A stretch of DNA of 64,000 bases from Rhizophagus irregularis (lineage: Eukaryota): NCBI RefSeq assembly GCF_026210795.1, contig NC_089431.1, positions 3,906,001 through 3,970,000 of the forward strand, given 5' to 3'. Made by a program: the position numbers and the translations under genes. Positions 37,367 to 51,747 of the stretch are shown one piece after another (positions within the stretch are counted from its first letter, which is position 1; each line of letters begins with the position of its first letter). The notes beneath the pieces are model-generated. The model saw only the letters and a program-made list of their open reading frames with translations. It made no database searches and was not told the DNA's origin.

Positions 37367-39739
37367 AATGCAATTTTTATTATAAAGGTTTAAAATGAAA
37401 ACTTTTTTTTTATTTTATTATTAAAATAAATACAATTATAAATTGAAATTTTTTTTTTAAAAAAAAAATTTAAATTCGAAATTCCGAAACAAAGTTTATA
37501 GTGTAACATAAATTTGAATTTTAATATGATCTGAATGTTATGTAACAATTACACAAACAAGTTTAAAATAAACACAATAAACTATTTTTAGACATGCTTA
37601 TCGTTATAATAAATATTTTTAATTTTTCTATAAATAAATACTATTAACTAAAAATAAAAATACATCAGGAGTTTATTAAGCGTAAAGTTATAAAAATAAT
37701 TTCTTTTAATTTGACGAAAGAATTTAAAAGAATGAAAAATATTGAAGATAGTAGTGATTATAATATTGTTACTTCGTGACTATGATTTACTTTTTACAAA
37801 CCGAAATTTTTCTTGTAAAATCAGTAAACCAAAAAAAAGTATATATTAAAGAATAACATAATTCTTATATATTATTTAAAATGAAAAATTTTTCTATAAT
37901 ACTAATAAATTTATTTGAAATTTCTAACGCCATAGTTAGTCAATAAAATTATGATTATTAAATAGTAAATTTTTAGCAGGCTATTTATTTAAAGTATTTA
38001 ATTTTTTATAGTGACGCTGGGGAAAGTGTTATTCAGGATTGCTGAAAAAACTCATGTGAAAGAAAAAAAAAATTTGACTGATGCTTACTCATGCAAAGGT
38101 AACGCGAAAGACTATTTTTGTACCACACTTCAAATTAATGATGTAAATTATTATTATTCAGGAACAACCTCAATAAATATTTCTCAATTCCCTATTCCAT
38201 TCGAAGATATTTTTATTAAATTAGACGAAAGGGTAATTTATCTTTTTAGATAAACTGAAACAATCAATTGTTTTTCCTTTTTTATAATTTATAAATAATA
38301 CAATATTGAGATATTATCAATACTGACGAGAAAATATAATTAAAATTGTTTATTAACAAATATCATTATTATTTCCTATTTACTAATTATTTAATTAGTA
38401 GGCACCAATGTATTACGCAATTATCCAAAATGTCACTCTTAAATTGTTACTCAATCATCATATACTTGCGAGTCTAAGTTAAAAAAAGGAAAGGAAAGGT
38501 TATAAAAAAATAATTAAAAGTATAAATTACCTCGGAACCGTTACAATAAAATTACATAATAAGCATAAGATAAAACACAATGGAACCATAATAATAATTT
38601 CAATTCACATGCCCGTCACAAAAAACGACGTACAGTACAGTATTCATATTGAAAGAAAAACGGCCTATAAATAAACCTACTCACTTTCTATTATATACTC
38701 ACCAATAACAAAAAACCAAAATATAGAAAATTGCAATACTTTATAATTCACGTACAACTGATAAAGAAAGAATTAGGACTATAAAATGTAAAATATATGA
38801 ATGTGATTTATTTTGAACTTGTTCATTTCTAATAAAATCATGACATTCGAATTTATAATAAATATTTTTTAACTACAATTGAATTAATTATGCAAATTTT
38901 TAGTATCTTAATTTTATCATACCTTCAGAATTGTTACTTTTTATGCAACAGTGAAAGAGATGTTTTTTATGTAAATTATATGAAAAGTTCTATATAAAAT
39001 TTACATATACTATTTTGTATAATTTTAAGGACCCAACATGGATTTTATGTAAATATGTAAAATATGTCTATGCAGATTTTTTATTTAAAATTCAAACATA
39101 TTTCATATAGTTTTAAATAGGTATTATTTAATATTATAAAAATTGTAAATTCAGTTTACTTTAGATAATGTATTTATATATACAATATTTTATAGTTAAT
39201 CTGTTTTAAAAGAAATACAAATCATATTGGTAATCACATGAAATTATCAATGAATTTCCATTTTGATGTAAAACTAATTGATTTTCGGATTATTATAATC
39301 TTGTTAATTTTTTTTTTCATTTTTGCATCTTATCTTTAGGGTGCTTTAGCACTTTTAATTTTTCAATCGATGCCGATCATGCAAAATATTGATCATTTTT
39401 TTTAAGCTTTAAACATTATAATGATGTCAATATTCCGTAATAGTTAGTAGTAATAGCCAGGCTAACAATTTAATGTACAGTATATCAGAATTTTAGACTA
39501 GAGGGGAGCACACTACACGACAGACAAATTACGAAATTATTCAATGAATTGTAAATTAAGAATATTTCATTCTTTCATACTCGCATAATAAAAAGAAAAA
39601 TTTATTTATTAACGTTGACATTTCATTTACATCATTAACAATCCTATAATATAATATATTTCCAATCTCGTAAATAAATATTTATGATGCAATAAAAAAA
39701 AAATAAATAAAATTTTTAAAATATAAAAAAATATTATCA

Positions 39740-41287
39740 TAAAATGATTTTTCTGTAATTTGAAACACTTCATATACTTCTACAGAAAATTTACTACTAT
39801 CATTTCTAATTGTTTTTCATAAGAATTTATTTTACAAATACCATTATATCTCTTAGTTTTACCGCGCAAAACAAGATCAGTCTCGCCAAATGCTGGACTG
39901 CGATCAGGGTGATTAGATATGGCAAAATTTCGATACTTTACACGACTCAAAATATGATTATTGATACTATAATTATTTTTCAAAAGAGAATATAAAACTA
40001 TCATTGGTTGCGGCATAGCATATTTATTATCAGATTTCCACTCAAGTGGATTATATCATCCAAGAATTTCGCTACTGCCATTTACTTTAATAATAGTTAG
40101 TGTGCGGGGCTTATTATCACAGATTTCATGAAATATCCTATTTTTAAACCCATTACGAGTTCCACAGAGAATTAATTTTGAATTCATATGAAACATTAGT
40201 AATATTTAATAATCCATTAATCCATTTATTAATCTAGAATGTTCTAATGTAATAATTGTTGAATTTATATTTGTAAGATTGATATCTGTGGTTCAATATT
40301 CGGAATATTTCTTGTACTTGTCGACTCAGTTTCAATCTTTTCAAATGTGAGCTTCGGGTTCAATCTCTTTAGTCTCATCCGGTTCTGATTGATTAATTAG
40401 TTTATTATCAAAAAGTTATAACAAACTATAAATAATTTTCGGTAAAATTTTTCTATAAGGAAATACATTATCCAAAAATTCTTTATAACTAAAATTATTG
40501 AACTTGATTAAAAGAATACATTGTTGTAAAGTATTTTTAATGCACTAAAGTCATTCTCAGTAAAGTTTTCAGGATCAGAAAAAAGTCTTGGATTTTGATC
40601 GATTCCCAATAAGAACTTTTTTCCCAAACTTGAACTTCATTCATTTTAAGATTATCATTTTAGATAAGTATTTTCTGGAATTGAAGAAAAATTAAGTGAA
40701 TTGAATATCATATCTGATTTCTTGGATATAAGATCATTACAATTCCGAAAAGGAAAAATTATTTTCAAAGCTTTGTCTAATATATCAAGGTAAAATTTTG
40801 TTTCTTCTAAATTTTGTTGCTTTTTAATCAAAAAAGATTGTAAATTATTAACTAACTCTTGAAGATCAAGTTCACTTGTGGCAACCAAGGTTTTAATGAT
40901 ATTTTCAACATCATATTACTTCAAAGAAATTCTTTTTCCATAAACATATCTAGTATAAAAATAAATAAATAAATATGAAAAAAAGTTTTTTTGTAAAAAC
41001 AAATATTTATTTATTTTTTCATACCTTAAGATTATTTGAAAAATTTCAGGTAAAATATTTGGTAATTTACAGTAATATGTACCAAAATTCCATCACTTTT
41101 CTTTCTTTTTATTAGTTTGAAAACATTCTTCATAAATAAAAGGAACGATAATTTAAGATATTCATATGAGCACGAAATATTTTCATGGTAGGATCATAGC
41201 CAACTTCAATAATATCATAAAATTCGTCATCTTCCAAAATTTTAAGTAAATTTAAGATAATTTCGGTAAAAATAATACATCATCCAT
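39740..41287 (-). pseudogene. BTB/POZ-BACK-TLDc pseudogene (subtype D), multiple frameshifts
   Basis: Recognisable BTB, intron, BACK, linker (similar to copy 8) and TLDc (HILSRVK, AISN, EVFQI), all broken by indels. Confidence 0.85.
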
Positions 41288-41415
41288 CATAGGAATGAAG
41301 AATCGTCCCTAGGCGAGTATCTTTCCCTATCATGCACGAATGTGAGTACAGCTCCATCATTCTCAAGCGATGCTGGCTGGTACTCTGCACGTATGGAATT
41401 TTTGAGGCCTTCTTG

Positions 41416-42325
41416 CCCTATAAAAAAACTGGATACGTTTTTAATAATGTTTTTATACGATTTTTTTTTCCTTAGAAATAACGTATTATAATAGTCCGTT
41501 GAAAGGATACAGAAAAATCAGAAAATGCACAATTCTGTATCATTAAAAATATAATTCGGATACGGAATTTGCATGGAACTCACACGGAATTCACATGATT
41601 AGGACACTGAATTTGTAATGTAATTGGTCACGAAACCTAACACTTAAACTACTTGTTATATTATAAAAATTAATTTAAAAAAATAATATTTATTAAATAA
41701 ATATAAATAAAATACAAATGTATTATGAAAAGTTCTTTCCTAACTATTGTTAACTAAAACAAAAAGAAACTTTGAATTTCCTAGTAGTTAAACCCACTTC
41801 TCTTATCCACTTATAAGTCTAGATTCATCCAAGTTTTCTAGAATCTAACAACTTAAAAAAAAAAAAAAAAAAAACATAAGGATGTTAAACTTCCCCTGTA
41901 ATCATCCAAGTCTCTAAGAATTGGCATTTCTAAAGTTTGGAGTCTTGTAACAGAAAGACCTACAAAAAAGAAAAAAAATCCTGAAGCATTCTACAAAAAA
42001 GAAACAATCTACAAAAAGAAACAATCCATGAAAAAAAATTAACACACGAAAAAGAATTGATCCACGAAAAGAACAACCCACAAAAAAAAGAAACAACCCA
42101 CGAAAATGAAACAACCCACGTAAAAAGAATTGATCTACATAAAAAAAATTGACTCACGTTAAAAGAACTGACCCATGAAGAAGAACTGACTGAATAAATC
42201 GATAAAAAAAATATATTCAACCTATAAGACAAAAAAATAGAATAAAATATAAAATAAAAGAATTTTAAAAATCCTAATAAAAGCCTAAAAAGGGGATAAA
42301 AAAAAAAATTTTTTTTTAAAAATAC
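41416..42325 (-). mobile_element. Truncated copy (one end only) of the CCCTA-ended DNA element family, opposite orientation to 54825-56306
   Basis: 41416-41630 aligns with the reverse complement of 56100-56306 (CCCTATAAAAAAA.TGGATACG...GGATACGGAATTTGCA); shares internal CTACAAAAAAGAAA repeats. Right boundary approximate. Confidence 0.75.
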
Positions 42326-42612
42326 TTATTCTATACTGGTGAAGTAATTGACATCAGTGTATACACAATATTATGGGATAAGAAATAATGATTATAATAC
42401 TATTCTAAGAAGTATATATATTTGAACATTAAACTCGAATTTTCTAAACAAGTTGCAAACTTACATTATTTCAATAATTATCATACTTGTGTTTAATAAT
42501 GCTTAATTATTTTTACTTTATTATAAAAACTGTAAAGGTATAAATATAAATATTTTCCTTATGATAACTGATGATAGATAGTTCTACAAATAAAAAATAA
42601 ATAACAGAATTA

Positions 42613-45600
42613 TTAATCTTTAATTATACATTCCAAACATTCAGACTTTTTTTGAACTAATATTTCAGTAAGTTTTCGACTTGTATAATATGCTTGTGAA
42701 TGAGATTGTATAATAGAAGTATTTGCTTGTACTAAAGCTTCATTTGCCTTTACAAATTCAAACATATCATTTTTTAATTGATTATTAATATTAGGTATTT
42801 CATAGACAAAATTTCTATCACTGTTTATTTTATAATATTCATTAATACATTTAATCCATTCAGATATAATGTTTTCAAGCATTGTTATAGTTGGTCTATT
42901 AGAAGGATCTGAATCCCAACATTTTTTCATTAAATCTATATAACATTTTGGAGTATTTTTTATAATTTCAGGTCGTTCTCCTTTACAAATACTTAAGATA
43001 AGGTCATGATCATGTGATTCATGGTTAAATGGAGGGATGCCTGATGTAAATTCCCACATTATCATTGAGAAACTATAAATATCACTTTCTGGAGTATAGG
43101 GGTTTCTTCTTAATATTTCAGGTGCCATATAAGGTAAAACTCCATAAATTTCATTATTATTATTACCAGAATCTTGTAAATCACTTACAGGTTTACATAA
43201 TCCTAAATCAATAATAAATAATTCATTGTAATCATCTGACACTAAAATATTACCATCATGAAAATCACCATGAGTCAAATTGGATTCATGAATTACTTGA
43301 AGTCCTAATATAATTTTTTTCAATAATTGTAACTTGTCTTGCCACTTAAATTTAATTATATTAGATAAACACTTTCTCAAACTTCCTTTTTTTGCATAAC
43401 TCATTACTATCATATAATTTAAATTATTTGGATCTTGGGTAAAACCATAGAATTGAATAAATTTTGAAAATGATTTTCTCTGACAATTATAATGATATTT
43501 CCACTATATAAATAATAAAAGGATATTAAATTTTTGCAAAAGAAAATAAAATTTTCTATTAAACATAAGCACTATACCTCATTCAGGAATTTATTATTTA
43601 AACTTGATGAACTACTAAGTATTTTAAGAATAACTTCATAATTCATCTGTCTATTCCATTGTTGCTTGTCATTATTCCAACTAAAAATAGGTCCATCTAA
43701 CCAGATAGCTTTATGAATTTCACTAAATCCTCCTTTATCATAATAATCAATATTTGTCAATTTATTATAAGGTATCCACTCTAAAATTTCATAACTATTT
43801 TTAGCATTTAGTTGTGCCTCTTGAATAAATTTATCAATAAATTCATTTTCACTAGTCCACTTTGTAAAATCTTGTTGAAATCGTTTAACATTACATTGTT
43901 GGCACCACTGGTAATCAATGTATGGTTGTTTACATTCATCACATTGATGGCACCATGGGTAATCAATATGTGGTTTATTGCATTTATTACATAATTCAAC
44001 TTTATATTTAGAACTTACTTTATTGTTTTCTGCTAGTACTTTTTGGTGCCAGTAAAAAGCTTCTCTTAAATTTTTTTCTGTCCCTTCTCCATTTTCATAA
44101 CATGTGGCTAAATTATTCATTGCTTTTACGTGACCATTTTCTGCTGCTTCTTGATACCAATGGAAAGATTTTTCTAAATTTTTTTCTGTTCCTTCTCCAT
44201 TTTCATAATATATGGCTAGAACAAACATCGCATTGGTATAACTATTTTCTGCTGCTTTTTGATACCAATGAAAAGCTTTTTCTAAATTCTGTTCTGTTCC
44301 TTCTCCATTATCATAACATATGGCTAAATTATACATTGCTGTAACATGATCTTTTTCTGCTGCTTTTTGATACCAATGAAAAGCCTTTTCTAAATTCTTT
44401 TCTGTTCCTTTTGCATTTTTATAACATAAGGCTATATTAAACATTGCACTGTTATAATCTTTTTCTGCTGCTTTTTGATATAAATAAAAAGCTTCTTTTA
44501 AATTTTTTTCTATTCCTTCTCCATCTTCATAATGTTTGGCTAAACTATACATTGCAATTTCATCACCATTTTCTGCTGCTTTTTGATACCAATGAAAACT
44601 TTTTTCTAGATCCTTTTCTATTCCTTGCCCATTATAATAACATGCAGCTAAATTACACATTGCTGTAACATAGTCTTCTTCTGCTGCTTTTTGATACCAA
44701 TGAAAGGCTTTTTCCAAATTCCCTTCTGTTCCTTCTCCACTTATATAACTATTAGCCAAATTATTCATTGCTTCTTTAACACCACTTTCTGCTGCTTTTT
44801 GATACAAATAAAAAGCTTTTTCTAAATTCTTTTCTATTCCTTCTCCATTTTTATAACATAGGGCCAAATTATTCATTGCTTTTACATCACCATTTTCTGC
44901 TGCTTTTTGATACAAATGAAATGCTTTTTCTGAACTCTTTTCCGTTCCTTCTCCATTTTTATAACATATGGCTAAATTATACATTGCTGTAACATTGTTT
45001 TTTTCAGCTGCTTTCTGATACCAATAAAAGGCTTTTTCTGTTTCTTCTCTAATACAATAATGACTTGCTAAATTATTCATTGCTTTTACATTGTCATTTT
45101 CTGCTGCTTTTTGATACCAATGCAATGTTTTTTCTAAATTTTTATCTGTTCCTTTTCCATCTTCATAACATATGGCTAAATTATACATTGCTGTAACATA
45201 GTTTTTTTCAGCTGCTTTCTGATACCAATAAAAGGCTTTTTCTAAACTCTTTTCTGTTCCTTCTCTAATATAATAATGACTTGCTAAATTATTCATTGCA
45301 ATTTCATTACCATTTTCAGCTGCTTTTTGATACCAATGCAAGGCTTTTTCTAAATTTTTTTCTGTTCCTTCTCCATTTTCATAAGATACTGCTATAATAA
45401 ACATTGCTTCTTTAACACCATTTTCTGCTGTTTTCTGATACAAATGAAATGCTTTTACTAAATCCTTTTCTGTTCCTTTTCCATTTTCATAACAGTTGGC
45501 TAAATTATTCATTGCTTTTTCATTACCATTTTCTGCTGCTTTTTGATACCAATAAAAGGCTTTTTCTAAATTCTTTTCTGTTCCTTCTCCATTTTTATAA

Positions 45601-45773
45601 CAGTTAGCTAAATTAAACATTGCTTCTTTATCGCCATTTTCTGCTAATTTTTCTAAAAAATTAATACATTCTTTACACCATAATTTTTCAGCAAAAGATT
45701 TATTGCAATACGAACAATTTTTGGTGTTTATCGTATTAGTATCTTTATCTGAAATGTTAAATTCAGTTGCCAT
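42613..45773 (-). CDS. Sel1-like-repeat (15x) TKL protein kinase, exons 45773-43578 and 43503-42613, ~1028 aa
   Basis: 15 repeats of ~36 aa (AMxNLAxxYxxGEGTEKNLEKAFxWYQKAAE), CxxC..WCxxC motifs, then GGFSEIH, VILK, HGDFHDGN, DLG, LPYMAPE; intron 43504-43577 joins FLNE|WKYH. Confidence 0.92.
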
Positions 45774-46129
45774 TTATTATTTTAGAAATTTATTTTACTG
45801 GAAAAAAAAAAATTTTTTTAAACGAAGTATTTTCGACAAAAAAATATTTTTAATAATTGTTCTACTAAAAAGGAAAAAGTAGAAGTTACAACGAAAAAAA
45901 AATTTTTCGGGCCATATTTTTTCCGATTCACTGTATAATGTGTCGATCACTTGACCAGAGTGGGAAAAGTCAGAAAGGTTATATGAAAGGTTGTTAATTT
46001 AGAAATTTTACTCACTCTTTATTGAATCCAACTGTTTTAGTTCATAATATAATCATTTTTTTTTGGAAATTTTTTTTTTATGAGATAAGAACAAAGACGT
46101 TTTACAACCAAAGTGAAATTTTTGGAGTT

Positions 46130-47232
46130 ATAAGTTTTTTCGATAACAAGTTCAGCAAGTATGGTAAGCGTCAGAACAGTTTTGCTCTATCCAAATTTTT
46201 ATTAAGAAGACGTTTAGAAAACTTGAAAGCTTTTGTAAAGAAGAAATTCTTTACCTTCGAAGATAGCTGCGGGCGGCGTAAATTCATCCGCAGGATCTGC
46301 AACGATCACGGGATTTTACCGGTTGATTTCATTGAGATTTTTCACTTTTTGGGTTAATGCGTGATTGATTTGTTTATTTTGTTTTCTTAATTTAGCAAAT
46401 TAATAAGAGATAATAATAATAAGTTTAAATTACAAAAAGAAGTTTAAAAATAGCTATTTTTATAAATAGTATTCATATTGTTGGACTAATTGGGCAAGCT
46501 TAAATTTAGACTGATATGTAGATGGTTTAAACCATTTTATTTAATAAAAATTATGGAAATTATATTAAAATTGTTCCTCTAATAACTCTATATTATTTCT
46601 TTAAATTATATAACTGTTATTTCAACTAATAATTTATAAAATTGTAATATTTAACTTATTAAACATGTATTAGAGGTGTAAGAGATGAAAGAGATGATGA
46701 CTGGAGGAGATAGAAGAGAAATTATATATAATATGAAATATTAGTAATATTAAAATAATGCGCAATAGCAGTACAATATCAAAAAATATCAAAAAAAAAT
46801 CGAAAAAATATAGCCCCGAAAAAATATAGCCCCGAAAATAATAATTAATTGAATTTCTAATTTTAGGTAAAACATGATTTTCTTTCCTTTTTCTTTTCTT
46901 TTTTTTAAAAAAATATATCACTTTATTGATCGGATAAGCTACGCAAATGCTACGCTTATCAAACTATAAAACAAAACCATACCGCCTATACGTGTAAAAG
47001 TTCCTTCCGCGCATGCTGATCTGCAAGATACGTCATAAATCCCTTGATGGCCGGTTTCACGTGAGAGTATTTCATTTTTTTACCGCACCACCACCGCAGC
47101 CTTTTCGAAGGTCGAAAAATTCTTCACATCCAAAGTTCTAAGATCCTACAGCGTCTTCAAAATTTATATAGGGCATTATCATATTGAAGCTTGACACTCT
47201 TTTTAAGTTTGCTAATTGTTATCGAAAAATCA
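46130..47232. mobile_element. Old element remnant with diverged long inverted repeats
   Basis: 46135-46285 (TTTTTCGATAACAA..AAGACG..GAAGAA..ACCTTCGAA..GCTGCGG) corresponds to the reverse complement of 47078-47230; true termini and TSD not resolved. Confidence 0.5.
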
Positions 47233-47719
47233 TGGGAGCTTTTTCATCTTATTTCCTTTGTTATGTTTACCAGTATTAAAAAGATAAAAGATTTTTTTTT
47301 ACGGAAATAAAAAAACCAATCTAATAATTTTATCATAACTGATATTAAATTTTCCTAAGTAATTTGTATGATTATTGATTAGTAGTGTGTCTTATTAATG
47401 AATTTATTAAGACTTAAACTCTAAAAAAATAATTGATGCGTTACGCTCTGTACGGGTTGAGTGTTGATCATTTGTACAATGCTCGGCCAAATTATCGTTC
47501 AAACTTAAAGAAATAAATCAGACAATATTAAATTTATTTTTCAATGTGAAATAATGGTAAAATACCAGCAAATTTTTTTACTACAAACTTTAAACACATG
47601 ATTAATAATATATAAAACTGAATAAGACATGTTTTGATCCTTTTTTCAATATTTTATGCTCACCAGGATTTTATGTACGTATCCTAGACATTACATATAA
47701 ACTACTAACTAAGCTAAAT

Positions 47720-48790
47720 TTAGCAGATTGATCGACCTGATGACCTGGGTTGTGCGATTAGATATGGCAGAAATTTTATTCTATACACGACAGAAAATTT
47801 CATTATCAATTCATCAAAAGAGAATATAAACTATCGTAGGTAAGCGGCATAGTTACTACCAGACTTTCATTCAATTGGATTATATCTTTCTAAAACTTTA
47901 CTACTGTTCTTCACTTTAATAATAGTATTTACAGTGCATGATTTGTTTTCATAGACCGTATGATCACTGCCCATAAGTAATGAATAAGTACTATAAAAAT
48001 CATTGAAAACCACCTAAACAATTAAACTTGTTTAGCGCCACGGTCAACTGGTTTGTGATTGTGATTCAAAAAAGGTTTAACAAATAGATAAATAATTTCT
48101 CATAAATCTCCATATGGAAATACATTATCCAAAAATTCTTTAGAAATTAAAATAACGAATACATATTACATAATTGTAAAGTATTTTTTTAGTATATTAA
48201 CAGGATCAGAAGGAAGTCCTGAATTTTGATTGGGTCATTGTTTAAAAACAGCTTGTACTTCATTCGTTTAAGGATATCAATTTGATAAGCAAGATTAAAA
48301 TTTTTTCTGAATTTGAAGAAAAATAAAGTGAATTGAACATCTTTATTCGGAGTTAATATGAGATCGTTACAATAATTTGAAGTCTAGATAAAGAATCAAT
48401 TTAAAACTGTTTGGAATATCAAGTTAAAATATTTACTTATCCAACTTATCTAACTCTTGAAAGATTAAATTCGTTGGTTGCAACCAAGGTTTTAATTAAA
48501 ACTAGATATAATACCCCAAAAAACATAAATTTATCTAAAAATTAGTTTTATTTTTTATTGTAAAAATTTACCGTTATGACTTAAAATATTTATTTTAATG
48601 AATTTCTGGTAAAATATTTGGTAGTTTAATATGTGCTAAAGCTCCATCACTATTGATAAAATTTTTCGGAAATAAGGAGAACGAAAATTTTTAATATATT
48701 CATATGAGAGAAATATCTTTACGTAAAGCTATTATAAACTTCAATTTAATATCATAAAATTCATCATTCTTTAAATATCATCGTATAAAG
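47720..48790 (-). pseudogene. Heavily decayed BTB/POZ-BACK-TLDc pseudogene (subtype D-like)
   Basis: Remnants of YDI.IEV, RSPYFRKI, HIKLPNILPEI, KTLVATNE, KEFLDNVFPY, YNPIE, IFSF and AISNR. Confidence 0.75.
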
Positions 48791-49492
48791 ATAATTTTCT
48801 TTTATTTTCTTTTATTTTATTTATTTTTTTTTTAAAAAAAAACCGATTCTTGTTATTCTTTATATTCATTTGACATCATGAAAATTATTATTAATCACAT
48901 GTGCATTGGGTAGAACAACTAGGTACGGTTATCAAAATAATAATATGAATGTCAATTTAATACTTAATATTTTTATGTTAGAAAGTTAGGAGTCAACTTG
49001 TTTTTTTTTCACTGCAATACATAATAGACACATACGCTACCAACCTTGTAATTATATAATATAGTTAGGTTGATTTTTAACATTAAAAAAATATATTACG
49101 TTTGAAGTTAGTAATGACCATCGAATAACATATTTTCTTATTAGTGAATTATCAAACTTTTATTGCACAAAAAAATCATATTATAAATAAATAATTATAA
49201 AAGTTTACGTTTTACGATTCAAAATAAATTCGCGAAAATTATTAAAAATTTACTTGAAATCTTGATACAATAAATAAAGACAAATTATTTTGTCTAACAT
49301 TGAGCCAATAAAAAATATATTTAAACCAAACCTTTAAAGTGGCGTGAGTATCTAACGTAAAATTCATGTCATTGTGAAAAAAAATTAGGTTTGTTTACGA
49401 ATTAAAAAAAAAATGGAGAAAAGAAAAATTAATCCAAACTTTTATAATGTAAGTTACTACACTATAACTACATGTTAATATAAAAATTAATA

Positions 49493-51553
49493 CTATAAAT
49501 TTGACTCATCAATATTATTAATATCTATATCAAATTCCTTGGTAACATATTCTATTTTTATAAATTAAAAAAAATTAAAACTATTATTTATATATTTATA
49601 AAAAGAAAAACATAGAATATTTACTTACCGTTGTGTTGTTGTTGATTCATATTTGCGTTAATATCCAATTCAATTTCTTTCGTAAAATAATCTAAAGAAG
49701 CATTTAAATCTATTTAAATTTAAAAATTTACATAATAATAAAAATGTTATTTATCTAAAAATAAAATTTTGTTTACCATAATTTTCATTCTCAAATAATT
49801 TTCTCCTTTTAGTACTTTGATCTAAATTATATTTTTTAAAAAAAATCCGTAAATGAAAATTAAAATAATTGAGAACACAATAAAATATATAGGGTTATCA
49901 ATTTTTAGATAATTATGCATGGAATCTAACTTTATCATACCGTTGATATTACTATCTTCAACCGAATCTTTATCAACCTTTCTTTTATCTTTAAAATAAT
50001 ATTATTATTAATAATAATACAAGCGTCACATTAAACGTAAACTGAGTAATTACCAGCAGATGCCTTGCTATTTTTCCGATAATAATAAAATGGATCTAAG
50101 CAATTATTAAAAAAAGTTAGAATTTTCCTTACAACGAAGCAGCTTTCAGCATAATAAAATTATTTACCGATAGATTGACTTCTTGAACTCCTTAAAGACA
50201 TTGCAGATTGAATCATGTGGCTTAAAGGTCTACTCTTATAAATGGCACCTAGATTATTCGTTGTTACAGGCCCAATATCTGATGATTCTATAATTTCAGT
50301 TGGACTTTCCTCCTCTTTGTTATACAATTTCCAAATTTTGTCTTTTAAATAAGTAGCTGTTGGTCTTTCATTTGGATCAGAATGCCAGCATTCTTTCATT
50401 AATTCAACATAACCTTCAGGAACATTTGTAACGGTTGGTGGTCGTAAACCATCACATATTTTGATTATAAGTTCAATATCATGAATTTCATTCCAAAAAG
50501 GTCTTCTACCTGTCATAAACTCCCACATAATCATCCCATAACTATATATATCCGAAGCTTCTGTATATTTTTGCCCTTGAAAAATCTCTGGTGCCATATA
50601 AGGAATAATACCATAATTTTCATTGCTATTAGCTGTACGTTCAGTTGCAGATTTACTTATTCCCAGATCACCTATTTGTGGATAACTAGTTACACTAAAG
50701 CTATATATATTAAAAAAGATATTTCCACTATGTAAATCTCTGTGAACAATTTTTGCTTTGTGTATATTACTAAGTCCAAATGCTATATTCCATAAATTAT
50801 ACAACTTTGTCCCCCAACTAATATTATAAAAGTCATTACTTATATAATGTGTCAAATCACCTAAACTATAATATGGCATAATAATTATAACATCTTTGGT
50901 AATAGGATCTTGAGTAATTCCAAAATAATTACTAATATAACTAATGGAATTACTACAACGTACATTCTTATCTGAATAAATCTGATAAAATACCTGGAGC
51001 TAAATAAAAAAGTCATTAATTTATCATCATCATATTGAAGATTTAAAAAATATAGAATTTGCCATACCTCATTTAGTTCCTTGGGTGTAATGTTTTTAGA
51101 ATTGTTAAGCTTTTTGAGAACAACAGTATAATTTTTTTCACGAGTAATATTCCAATGATTATTTCTAATCTTATCCCAATTATTGATAGGTCCATCAACC
51201 CAAGTGGCTTTATAAATTTTACTAAATCCTCCTTCAGCAATAAATTCTATATTGATGAATTGATCATAAGGAATAAACTCCATTTTACCGCCTTCTATAA
51301 TGGCATAATTACTTTGAGTATATCTGATAAAATCGTCAATAACTTTGTTTCCACTTTGTTTAGGCTTAAGTATTGTCTTTATATTGTAACACACGTGACA
51401 AATCTCGTGACTTTCATCAAAAATTTTTCTTTTTCTATTACATTCATTACATTTCTTATATCTGTTTTGTGAGTTTCGTGTCGGTTGAGTTGAAGGCGTG
51501 TTGTCCGATATTAAAAAGTCAATTTTATGTTTATAATTTACTAGTTGCTCCAT
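49493..51553 (-). CDS. TKL protein kinase, 7 exons, ~524 aa
   Basis: EGGFSKIY, VVLK, HRDLHSGN, DLG, IPYMAPE. Exons 51553-51068, 50999-50168, 50095-50054, 49988-49941, 49821-49777, 49691-49629, 49551-49493; GT-AG, 1575 nt in frame. An additional upstream exon cannot be excluded. Confidence 0.85.
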
Positions 51554-51747
51554 TATTTCAAATTATCTAAAATAAAAATTTCATTTATTTGTAACGTTCA
51601 AGAAAACTTTCTAGTGTATATATATTTGTAGTAAAATTTAACACGGAATTCTTTTCCCAAATTTCCATGAAAAATTCTATGCATTCATTCCTTGCGAGTG
51701 AATAATCTAGAAGCTTATTTTGGAAGAATTTTTGAATGAAATTTAAC

